Virus record (IMG/VR): IMGVR_UViG_3300042391_000634
Span: 1-64,000 of that record
Reading direction: 5' to 3' (one strand)
Length of the DNA stretch: 64,000 bases
A program made the translations under genes and the position numbers. The notes under the pieces were generated by a model that made no database searches, had not been told where the DNA came from, and saw nothing but the letters and a program-made list of their open reading frames with translations. This document shows positions 33,578 to 42,493 of the stretch, one piece after another. The first letter of the stretch is position 1. The number at the start of each line of letters is the position of its first letter.

Positions 33578-33931
33578 ATTATTTGATTTAGGATACAAAG
33601 ATAATTCATTTTAAATTATACTACAAACTATTTTATGTTAAAACTTTGTTAAGATGTAATACGAATGTTTCACCTGTCGTCCGAGCTATGATATTGTTTG
33701 GCATTGTAATACGTTTGCCAAACAACTTTGGATGTCATCGGAACATGTGGGACTTCGGGAACATCAGGAACATCTTTTTGGGAACATTGGGAACATTGGG
33801 AACATGCGCACTGTGAATATCTTCTGGCAAATGCCAAACAATATTCATAGCTCACCAGGTGCTAGTATTTCCTATCGGACAATAAAAAACCCCCGTATTT
33901 CTACGAGGGTTCGGGGGACAAACAATAACCA

Positions 33932-34777
33932 TTAAACCATATGAACCAAATCTGAAAATATCTCTTGTTCTACTTGACCGATACCACCGAACATTTTTGC
34001 CTCGGTATTATCGTTCTTACTATAAGAGTGTGTTGTGTATTTTGTTACACCACTAAACAAACCCCAAAGGTTATCACCTTTACCTTGAATCTCACCATTT
34101 AAGTCAATATAGAATCTACTTAAATTGTTTTTAGTTCTTGTAGATAATTCATCACTATCTAAACTAAATTCAGGTTTGATGCCAAACAACTTTCGTGTCA
34201 CCTTCTCCTTCAACAAATCGTCAAAACGTGTTTCACTCAATTCAGTAATGAATCTGAATGTTTCTTTTTCTTCTTCCAATACAACGTCTAATCTTCTACA
34301 AATGTCTTCCACTTTTAAAGACATAGACTTTGTGTGTCGAACTTTGTTTTGAAGTCCACTCATCACTCTAAAGAATGTGTTCATACAACTGATAGTCGTA
34401 TTAGAATGACCGAATGCTAATGATGTAGAACCATCAAAAGAATTCACACCTGTTAAATAACCCTCAATTCGGTCGTTACCCAATTTAAGGTCGTTACCTT
34501 TTAATTGAACGTAAATACGTCCACCACCTTTGAACTCACCACCACGATGAATTTCTAAACCTGTTCTACCTGATACTTGATGTAATAAGTCCATCAACTC
34601 ATGGTTCTGATAAGGAACATAACCATCAGAGTGTAAACCCACAATATCTTGTGTGTCGTTTCTAACGATTGCTTTTTTGTTTGGAATACTAATACCACTA
34701 ATGGTTTGTAATTCCTCCTGACGTACCGTCCAATTAAGGTTGGTCTTGTCTAATAATGTTTTTACTTGTTCGTTCAT
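33932..34777 (-). CDS. DUF932-family phage/plasmid protein
   Basis: W.V..E.L, AIVR.DT..IVG.HS..Y...QN, NSFDGSTS..F..S.....CMN, LWGLFSGVTKY.TH. Confidence 0.8.
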   Translation of the reverse strand: MNEQVKTLLDKTNLNWTVRQEELQTISGISIPNKKAIVRNDTQDIVGLHSDGYVPYQNHELMDLLHQVSGRTGLEIHRGGEFKGGGRIYVQLKGNDLKLGNDRIEGYLTGVNSFDGSTSLAFGHSNTTISCMNTFFRVMSGLQNKVRHTKSMSLKVEDICRRLDVVLEEEKETFRFITELSETRFDDLLKEKVTRKLFGIKPEFSLDSDELSTRTKNNLSRFYIDLNGEIQGKGDNLWGLFSGVTKYTTHSYSKNDNTEAKMFGGIGQVEQEIFSDLVHMV

Positions 34778-35089
34778 ATAAATTAATTTAGAGTGTAAAG
34801 GTAGGTCTTTTATATTACCCACCAAATAATATTTGTTAACACTTTGTTAAAGAATATGTAATACGAATGGGATCCACTGTGCCATCTGAATATTGATTGG
34901 CAATTGCCAAACAAATTGTCTACGGTGCCCTGAACCAAGTCGTGTTGTCCTGTTTTTTATATAATAAAGTGGACAAGTGTAATACGTTTGCCAAACAATA
35001 TATTTGCATGCATGATGCAGGAAAGTTTGGACATAAAAAAAGGGATTGTCATACGACAACCCCCTCTTACTTTATCACTACTAACCCTC

Positions 35090-35836
35090 TTAAATGTTTC
35101 TCAAATTAATTCTACTTTCTTTGTTTCTACTAAAATTATAGATTTCTTCTATCATTTTAATATATTCATCTACACTACCACAAAAGTGAATATTAGTTGG
35201 TCTTAACTTTACCTTACGAACAAACTCACTAAAAGAAAAGTCTTTACATCTTGTTAAAGTTTTGATAATCGCTCTTACGAATGTTGAACGATTATAACCC
35301 TCAAACAAAGGTTTCAATTCCATAATGTTCATCGCCCATTCAATCGCCTTATCCATATTCTTTGTAACAAACTTACCACTCTCAAAGTTCTCTCTATCAC
35401 AACCACTTAACGAATTCGTACATAACATCATACATTCAGTTGGTCTTAATTCGGGATATTGTTTCATAAAGTTATTTAACTTAATGTAGTGTGGATTTCC
35501 CTCTACAACAAACCCGTGAATATGGTCGGTTATCGCCCAATTCTTTTGACGACTATTTAAACTTCTAATTGTTTCAAAACCTGCGGTCGTTTCTAAAATA
35601 TAAGAAATAGGAACCCCTACTTCCATAGCGGCGGTTACTCTATGTTGTCCATCAATGATTTCACCTTTCTTGTTGATAACAACATAAGAACCTCTTTCCC
35701 AACCACGAACTTTCATATTGTTTACAATATTCTTTACGTGGGATTTGTTAATAACTCTATTGTCACTTCTAAATGTGAAAATAGAATAATCTTTTGTTTG
35801 GTAAACTTCGTTTACTTTTTTTCCGTTACGTATCAT
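35090..35836 (-). CDS. ParB/Srx N-terminal-like protein
   Basis: NR.IN..HVK.I...M, VVINKKGEIIDGQHRVTAA. Confidence 0.7.
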   Translation of the reverse strand: MIRNGKKVNEVYQTKDYSIFTFRSDNRVINKSHVKNIVNNMKVRGWERGSYVVINKKGEIIDGQHRVTAAMEVGVPISYILETTAGFETIRSLNSRQKNWAITDHIHGFVVEGNPHYIKLNNFMKQYPELRPTECMMLCTNSLSGCDRENFESGKFVTKNMDKAIEWAMNIMELKPLFEGYNRSTFVRAIIKTLTRCKDFSFSEFVRKVKLRPTNIHFCGSVDEYIKMIEEIYNFSRNKESRINLRNI

Positions 35837-36225
35837 TTTTATTTTTGTTCAGATTTTATCCTGTCCCCGAGATTGATTAATAATGATAGAACAAAGATAT
35901 GTTGTATATTATTATATTCCAAGTATTATTTAGAATATTTTAGTTAAGAATATGTTAAAGTGTAATACGAAGATTTCCCCGCTGTTGCTGCAGTACGATA
36001 TTGATTGGCAAATTTTTGACCAGTGTTGATGCAGCTCAGGACCAGTGACGATATTGATTGGCAAATGCCAAACAAGTTTCAGCGCATGCGTTGTGGGACT
36101 CGACTAAGTGTAATACGTTTGCCAAACAATATTCCCTGAACTTCACAGTGCCGCTGAATTTGATAAACAAAAAAAAGGATAGTCTTTCGACTACCCTTCT
36201 TCACCTTTTCCAACCTTATGTATTT

Positions 36226-36771
36226 CTACACAAGTTCTTTTTCCAAGTGTTGTAATACGGACTTACCTTCACTTTCACATTCTTCTTCACCAAAATATCC
36301 ACCACAACTTTCAACTAATGTTTTATGTTCGTGTCCTTTATCACAAGTTTCTATTTCATATACTTCATAACAATAAACTTCACCCGTTAGATACTTATCG
36401 TAAGTTTCAATTTCACCTTTAAGGTATTCTTCAACTTTAGTTTCATCAATACCTTCTTTCTTTATCTTATGTTTAGATACAAAGATAAAACCAACCTGTC
36501 CACTATCCCAACGACAATCAAACGGACTTGTTGATATAGTTATACCCGAGTGGTCATATAGATACAAAGGTAAGATAACAACTTCACCTTCATTAGTAAT
36601 AATACCTTCTTTTAATTCGTCCCAACTATCATAATCTTCAGTTCGATAATCAGTCTTGTCACCAAGTTCATACCTTTTGTGAAAACATACCATCGTTCCC
36701 AAGTTATCCCAATCGGTTCGAGGGTTCATTGGGTTTGTGTCTTGTTCAATTTTTAATTCAAATTTTTTCAT
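36226..36771 (-). CDS. Conserved phage hypothetical protein
   Basis: NPRTDWDNLGTM.CFH.RY.LGD...LPLYLYDHSG.TI...WDSGQVGF...SCGGYFG. Confidence 0.65.
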   Translation of the reverse strand: MKKFELKIEQDTNPMNPRTDWDNLGTMVCFHKRYELGDKTDYRTEDYDSWDELKEGIITNEGEVVILPLYLYDHSGITISTSPFDCRWDSGQVGFIFVSKHKIKKEGIDETKVEEYLKGEIETYDKYLTGEVYCYEVYEIETCDKGHEHKTLVESCGGYFGEEECESEGKSVLQHLEKELV

Positions 36772-37305
36772 ATTGTTTGTTTTAGAGTATAAAGGTAAGT
36801 CTTTTATATAACATACCAAAATATTATCGTTAAGACTTTGTTAAAGAATATATCACCTGTTGGGACCGGCATCGATTGAATATTGGTTGGCAATTGCCAA
36901 ACAAATAGCAGCGCGCGCTGCTTTTCACGGGGTATTGTAATACGTTTGCCAAACAATAACCGCACAGGCCTGTGGCGCATGGTCTACAGCATTTCTTGTT
37001 CATTAATTCTTCTTGTTCACGTTCCGTGAACATAGGTAATACGTGAACACTTTTGCCAGACAATATTTCCTGAATTCGAACCGTCGGGGTGTATTCCCTC
37101 CACTATGTATTACGAAAGTCAATGGTAGTAAGGGTTTAATAATTCTTTAGAGAACTTTTAGTAAGTTTTTAGCAAATATTGTAGCAAATAGTGTGAAACT
37201 TGCCAAACAACTTGTCTACAGCGCGCACCCGGTAGATTCTCTACCAAATAAAAACCCCCCGTATTTCTACGAGGGGAACACAATATAAATCACAAACAGA
37301 ACAAA

Positions 37306-37898
37306 CTAATCTACCATATCATATTTCCAATCCATTTTTTCCATAACCTTCTCAATCTTGTCATACACTTTGGAATCTTCTACTCGGTTGAACATTTCAT
37401 CAAACACAAGTATAGAACTCGGGTCACAAAAATAGGTGTTTGTTTCTTTAACAACAACAACGTTGTATTCATCAACATTATACCAATTACCAACTCTTTG
37501 TAATTTCATATCAATTAATTTTTAGGGTTTAAGTAGATTTCCATTCTCGCGGGAACGACTTTTGCCAGATTACATTCATCACAACATTCGTCATCTTCAT
37601 TTTTAGTTTCTAACGGGTGTGGGTCATTACCATAACCTTCTACTTCTTTGTCACAAAGACAACAGATAAACTTTTCCATTTTTATTTAATTTAATACTTG
37701 AAAAATATCCTTACCAATAATCAATCCTAATGTTCTTCCGTTATCCCATTTAACATTGACAACATCAAAACCAACATTATACACAACTCCTTCACGACCA
37801 ACTAAAATTGGTTGTGGGTCATCTTCCATTGGTTCAATAAGTTTAACTCTTTTACCCATAAGTAATTGTGGGTTTACAAGGAAATCATTTACTATCAT
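37306..37898 (-). CDS. Small ORFs 37306-37509, 37515-37679 (Cys-rich CCLC...CCDEC; absent from the track) and 37686-37898 (DUF4314-like)
   Basis: Manual translation MEKFICCLCDKEVEGYGNDPHP...CCDECN; G.RV.LI..M.DD..PI..G.EG.V...VKWDNGRTLGLI.G.D. Confidence 0.55.
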
Positions 37899-38265
37899 AG
37901 TGTTTGTTTTAGAGTGTAAAGATAAGTGTAATACTTTTATATTACAAACTCATTTAGTTAAAACTATGTTAATGTGTAATACGACCAAACCCGTGGAGGA
38001 AGACCGGATAATTTATTGTTTGGCAAAATGTAAAGTAAAACCCCCACAATATGTAATACGAATTCACCCGTGGGACGAGTTTACTCAGGAGATATTGATT
38101 GGCAACCTTGTTACCTTTTTATATAAAACCATAACATAAGTCAAGTTTTTGAATCAATAAACTTGACATCTGCCAAACAATATCCGGATGGAGACGACAG
38201 GTGAGAGGTGTGGAAATAAAAAACCCCCTACTTTCGTAGAGGGTCTTGGTCTTTGGGAGGAATAA

Positions 38266-38532
38266 TTAATTCAATGGAATTTCTTTACCAATACCATACT
38301 CACAAATTTTGTGTAGTAAGGGTAAAACTCTACTACCGATAATCTCATTCAAATACTCATCTCTGTCAAATTCATCATCGGTGTCATCTTCAATGTTTTT
38401 ACCCGTTTGGTCAAAATACATATCACCAATCATTTCAAGAAATTCGTTATCACTCATTTCTTCAATCAATTGTGTTAATCGGTCAGTAATAACTCCATTA
38501 ACAATTTCTAATACTTTTTCTTTTTTGTTCAT
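38266..38532 (-). CDS. Hypothetical protein
   Basis: Start reassigned to MNKKEK, downstream of the conserved TACCTTTACACTCTAAA module. Confidence 0.6.
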   Translation of the reverse strand: MNKKEKVLEIVNGVITDRLTQLIEEMSDNEFLEMIGDMYFDQTGKNIEDDTDDEFDRDEYLNEIIGSRVLPLLHKICEYGIGKEIPLN

Positions 38533-39630
38533 TTTATTTGTTTTAGAGTGTAAAGGTAATACAATTATAGGACATACCAAAATTCATCAGTTAAAACTTT
38601 GTTAATGTAATACGTTTTCACCCGGGTGTAACTGATTGTTGTGTGGCAATTGCCAAACAAGTTCACCGATGGGATCCACGGTGTGTGTCGTAATACGAAT
38701 CTTTGCCAAACAATAGTTCGGATACTTCACGGGGAAGTGTTCCTTCATTAGAATAATTGCCACACAACATCTTAGCGGAACCCTGACTCAAGTCCGTTGT
38801 GGACATAAAAAACCCCCACCATAGAAATGATGAGGGTAAATCTAAAATGAAAACACAGACAATTACATATAAGACCATTTACGACCAAGAATATTGTTTA
38901 CCATTACACGAAACGATTTTTTATACAAACGATACATTCTATCCTCTCCCGTTGAAGTTCCAATTTTATCACTGAACTTAAAAGTCCATATAAAACGAAC
39001 AATAAAGAAAGGAGTTAAAATAAACACGATAATGATAGTTTGCCAAAGAAATTTCAATAGATACTTCATAATTTTAAAATTTTAAATGAGTTTTTAAATT
39101 ACCCTACAAGGACAATGTAGGACATAAAATAGGTTAATGAGAAACTGAACATTAGTAGTCCGTAGATTTTGATTTTCTTTTCCATTTGATTAAGTAGTTT
39201 AGGACACAAAGATAATACTTTTATCTTTATATTTTCTTATCTATTAAGAATTGGTCGTTAAAATTATGTTAATGTAATACCAAGTGGTGAGGAGTTACGA
39301 AGACACAGGAGAATATTGTGTGGCAAATCGGATATGGTTACGAATATTAACGGATATATACGGATATTGCCAATCAATATCACATTCTACAAGGAATCCA
39401 ACATTCGTTGTATGACAATTGCCAAACCATATTATTTTCTACAACCGAGATCCCTTCCATTTTTATTGTTAAACCTATGTTAAAGGTTTGCCAAACAACA
39501 ATTCGGATTTGGATTCTGTGTTCGGTGTTATGTATGACAATTGCCAAACAATAGTTCGGATTACTTCGTAAGGTTCGGGTCAAAAAAAAACCACTCCTTT
39601 CGGAGTGGTCGGTTTGTAGGGGAACAAACC

Positions 39631-40185
39631 TTAAAGAATTGTGTATTCTTGTTTAAGAATTTTAATTCTTTTAATGTGGTCTAAACTCATTACCTTATAG
39701 TTTAAGGTATTGTCTAAACCATTTTGATACTTTGAGTAGTCCGTTTTCGTATCAATAAGGTATTGAGTGAACATTACCTTTTCAATACTATTACCCTCAA
39801 ACACATACTTTGTATCAAGGTAAGAACTATCGTGGTCTTGGTAACGAAAGTAAAATTTCGTTGGGTCGGACTTTAATACTACCAAACTTTTTGATACTAA
39901 CTGATAAGGACTTTCTTTCTTATCCTCGTTTACGATAGGGGTAATTCCTTCGGTCTTATACTTTCTACCTAATTGACCTTCGTAATCAAAACCCGTTTGG
40001 ATATTTGATAACTTTTGTTCAATCAAAACTAAATCGTAATAAGGGTTAGGGTTACTTTTACCACTTACTTTGAAGTCAAGATATTTGTTCATCTTAACTT
40101 TTTTTAATGTTGTCAATCCCACATTAGGGACAAAGATATCTATACCTGATAGTATATCTTTTAGTTCTGTTTTTGTAATGTTCAT
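39631..40185 (-). CDS. Hypothetical protein, first gene of the inverted island
   Basis: Start MNITKTE; TATCTTTG -7 element upstream. Confidence 0.6.
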   Translation of the reverse strand: MNITKTELKDILSGIDIFVPNVGLTTLKKVKMNKYLDFKVSGKSNPNPYYDLVLIEQKLSNIQTGFDYEGQLGRKYKTEGITPIVNEDKKESPYQLVSKSLVVLKSDPTKFYFRYQDHDSSYLDTKYVFEGNSIEKVMFTQYLIDTKTDYSKYQNGLDNTLNYKVMSLDHIKRIKILKQEYTIL

Positions 40186-40235
40186 ATATCTTATTGTTTT
40201 GTTCCCACAAAGATATAGTATATTCCAATACAAAG

Positions 40236-40278
40236 TTAGAATATTCTAATAAAGTTATCCACATTCCGTTGTGGATAA
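40236..40278. promoter_or_regulatory. Palindrome TTAGAATATTCTAA plus an inverted pair of perfect DnaA boxes
   Basis: Palindrome 40236-40249; TTATCCACA 40255-40263 and TGTGGATAA 40270-40278, 6 bp apart. Confidence 0.65.
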
Positions 40279-40319
40279 AGTGTTGATATCGTGGGGGTTC
40301 ACCTTCGGGAACAAAGTTG

Positions 40320-40610
40320 TTTGGCAGTGGGGTGTATAGGGGTGTAGGTAGTGGTAGGGGGGGTCCCCCCTCCCGTATCCCCCCTTTATATAGTCATTTT
40401 GGGGGGGTCTAAACAGGGGGTCAATGCCACGACTGAAATTTTTCCAGAAATTTTTGGGAACATTTAAGGTTTTTTACTGCTCACATTTAAGACTGAAAAT
40501 TAGAACTATATTTCTAATCCATATAATAACTCTTATTATTCGGGGGGTAAAACCTGTAATTGGAAATATATGTCTAAAAACTGAAAAAAAAATTCCAGAA
40601 AATTTTTGGG
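40320..40610. other. G-run-rich non-coding zone at the divergent strand switch (possible terminus, pac or origin)
   Basis: GGGGTGTA x2, GGGGGGGTCCCCCC (40357-40370), GGGGGGGTCT, GGGGGTC; direct repeat ACTGAAA...TTCCAGAAA(A)TTTTTGGGA near 40432 and 40580. Confidence 0.45.
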
Positions 40611-40622
40611 ATATTTATACAT

Positions 40623-41168
40623 ATGAACTTACAAGAAGATATACAAAGGATTAAGGAGGTGATGGGGATTAATGAATTAAGAAACCCGTGGTTCAATTAT
40701 GTGCAATCCAAAACAAAAGAGATTACCGGACAAGATTGGCCTAACTATGTATTAAAAGATTGGTTATATAGTTTCACCAAAAAATATGAGAATAGTGATT
40801 CTCCTGAAGTTTATAAAAACATTGTTAAGTCCTTTGTGGAAAGTTTTGTAGAAGGACACGGTAAGGGTAATTGGGAACATAAGGTATTAGATGTTAGTAT
40901 GAATATTTTTATCCCATCAACACAAGAGAATTTAAAAAAGAAGATAGAAGGTGATATTAACAAAGATATACCCAAAGATGAAGAAAGACATAATGTACAA
41001 CAATCTAAATTAGATAAGGTGGGAGTTTCTCCTGAACCTATTATTGTTCTACAGAAAAAAGACGGTATTGAATTATTGGAAGGTTGGCACAGAACCACAT
41101 CTGCCCTTAATAAATTTGGTACCTATAAACAAAATGCTTGGGTATATGTACCTGATATATTAAAATAA
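40623..41168 (+). CDS. Leader plus ParB/Srx-like domain protein
   Basis: TATTTATA at 40612; MNLQEDIQRIKEVMGINE; PEPIIVLQKKDGIELLEGWHRTTSAL. Confidence 0.65.
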   Translation: MNLQEDIQRIKEVMGINELRNPWFNYVQSKTKEITGQDWPNYVLKDWLYSFTKKYENSDSPEVYKNIVKSFVESFVEGHGKGNWEHKVLDVSMNIFIPSTQENLKKKIEGDINKDIPKDEERHNVQQSKLDKVGVSPEPIIVLQKKDGIELLEGWHRTTSALNKFGTYKQNAWVYVPDILK

Positions 41169-41169
41169 T

Positions 41170-41718
41170 ATGAAATTAGTGTCGGTCTTAAATGAAGTTT
41201 TGAATATAGGGAGTGGAGAGAGAATACATGTCTCTAACAACCCTATGCAGGAACTACGTGACCTAACCGCACAGAACGGTGTTCCTTCTGATAATAGACC
41301 TATAGGTAAACCTGATGGGTTTTGGTATGCATTCGGTGATAGTTGGTTATATTGGACATCTATGAATATGTCAACTAAAAATTACGAACATGCATATAAG
41401 GTTATTGTTGATAGGTCCAAAATAGTATCCATACGTAATCAGGATATGTTAGATGATTTTAACCGTGAATTTACATATGAAACGGATAGTAAATATATGC
41501 CGTATTTAGTAGATTGGGTTAAGGTATCTCAAAAATATTCAGGGTTTGAAATTCCAGCTTATGATGACCTTGAAATTAGTGGAGATAGATATATCATACG
41601 AAATAGATGGTTATTAAATTGGGACATTCCCTCAGGTGTTATATGGAACCCCAATGCTGTATTGAAACTAAAACCATTGGGTAATCCTAATACACTCAAA
41701 CAACCAAGAAAGAATTAA
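41170..41718 (+). CDS. Leader (MKLVSVLNE) plus putative ART-like domain
   Basis: IH.S....KPDGFWYAFG..W..W...DW.KVSQKYSGFEI...WDIPSGVIWN, a pattern I associate with viral ADP-ribosyltransferase-like folds. Confidence 0.45.
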   Translation: MKLVSVLNEVLNIGSGERIHVSNNPMQELRDLTAQNGVPSDNRPIGKPDGFWYAFGDSWLYWTSMNMSTKNYEHAYKVIVDRSKIVSIRNQDMLDDFNREFTYETDSKYMPYLVDWVKVSQKYSGFEIPAYDDLEISGDRYIIRNRWLLNWDIPSGVIWNPNAVLKLKPLGNPNTLKQPRKN

Positions 41719-41744
41719 TAACATAATTAAGATATTTATATAAC

Positions 41745-42389
41745 ATGTATAAGAATTTCAATATTACAGAGTCAGAGAAAGAACAAATCTTAAATAGACT
41801 CAAAGAGAATGGTTACAGACAACCGACAAATAAAAAAGTTATATCTGAACAAGGTGAACCAGAAGGTGAATTGGAACAAAATCCAATAGGAGAATTAAGA
41901 AATGATTTTCATATTGCAAGTAAAGATGAATATGGAATATTATACCTTTTACGTAATAAAAGAGGTGGGGAATATGGTGTGTTCAATAAATCAAAGATGG
42001 ATTGGGAACATGGATATCAACCAAGTTTTACTGAATCGGATATAAAATTATACGAAACACAAACAGGAGAGTCTGTACTTATACAAAAATATATGGGAAT
42101 TGGTGATAAAGTATTCTATACCCTATATAAAATAGATGGAGACGATTCGATGACATCTACGGTGAAATTTTTAAATACAAGAGAACATGTTGACGTTGTA
42201 AAAAATCTAAAACCTATTGATACTGACGAACCTGTTAATAATGGTGGTTTTGATGAGAAATACACCGATAGTGTATATGAGGAAGATGAGACAATGGATA
42301 AGGAAGACTACATGGTAAAACATGGTCAAAATCCAATGAACGAAGGTAAAGAGATATTAAAGGACGTATTTAAGAAATTAATCAAATAA
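41745..42389 (+). CDS. Leader-bearing acidic hypothetical protein
   Basis: TATTTATA at 41733; MYKNFNITESEKEQIL; internal VISEQ and MNEG. Confidence 0.6.
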   Translation: MYKNFNITESEKEQILNRLKENGYRQPTNKKVISEQGEPEGELEQNPIGELRNDFHIASKDEYGILYLLRNKRGGEYGVFNKSKMDWEHGYQPSFTESDIKLYETQTGESVLIQKYMGIGDKVFYTLYKIDGDDSMTSTVKFLNTREHVDVVKNLKPIDTDEPVNNGGFDEKYTDSVYEEDETMDKEDYMVKHGQNPMNEGKEILKDVFKKLIK

Positions 42390-42396
42390 AGATACC

Positions 42397-42478
42397 CAGG
42401 GTTTGAAGACCCTGCTTAGGACCGGGACTAGTTACTAATCCCGTTGGGATATGAATTCGCTACTCATATCCCTTTTTT
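42397..42478 (+). ncRNA. Candidate structured RNA: three tandem hairpins, the last a terminator
   Basis: CAGGGT/ACCCTG, CGGGA/TCCCG, GGGATATGA/TCATATCCC followed by T6. Confidence 0.4.
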
Positions 42479-42493
42479 ATTGTATTTATACAT

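Larger units (their letters stand above)
25414..40327. repeat. Dispersed TGCCA(A/G)ACAA and GTAATACG repeat family
   Basis: About 30 half-sites counted by eye; exact 21-mer TGTAATACGTTTGCCAAACAA at 33705, 34978, 36109 and 36936; dyads TGGCAATTGCCAA near 34897, 36888 and 38643. Not seen outside this interval. Confidence 0.85.

Noticed and set aside
33691-36960. CRISPR array interpretation of the 21-mer TGTAATACGTTTGCCAAACAA
   Set aside because: Copies are 0.8-1.3 kb apart with genes between them, occur as variable half-sites in both orientations, and there are no regular spacers or cas genes.
37068-37092. GGTTCGAATTC on the minus strand, suggesting a tRNA
   Set aside because: The T-stem does not pair, and no acceptor or anticodon arms were found.
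30977-39583. Short ORF-track calls over the repeat zones (for example 30977, 31005, 33670, 33732, 34847, 34897, 36058, 36830, 38663, 39380)
   Set aside because: Their translations merely mirror the DNA repeats (CLA, AKQY, WQ motifs) and they overlap terminators and promoters, so they are likely non-coding.
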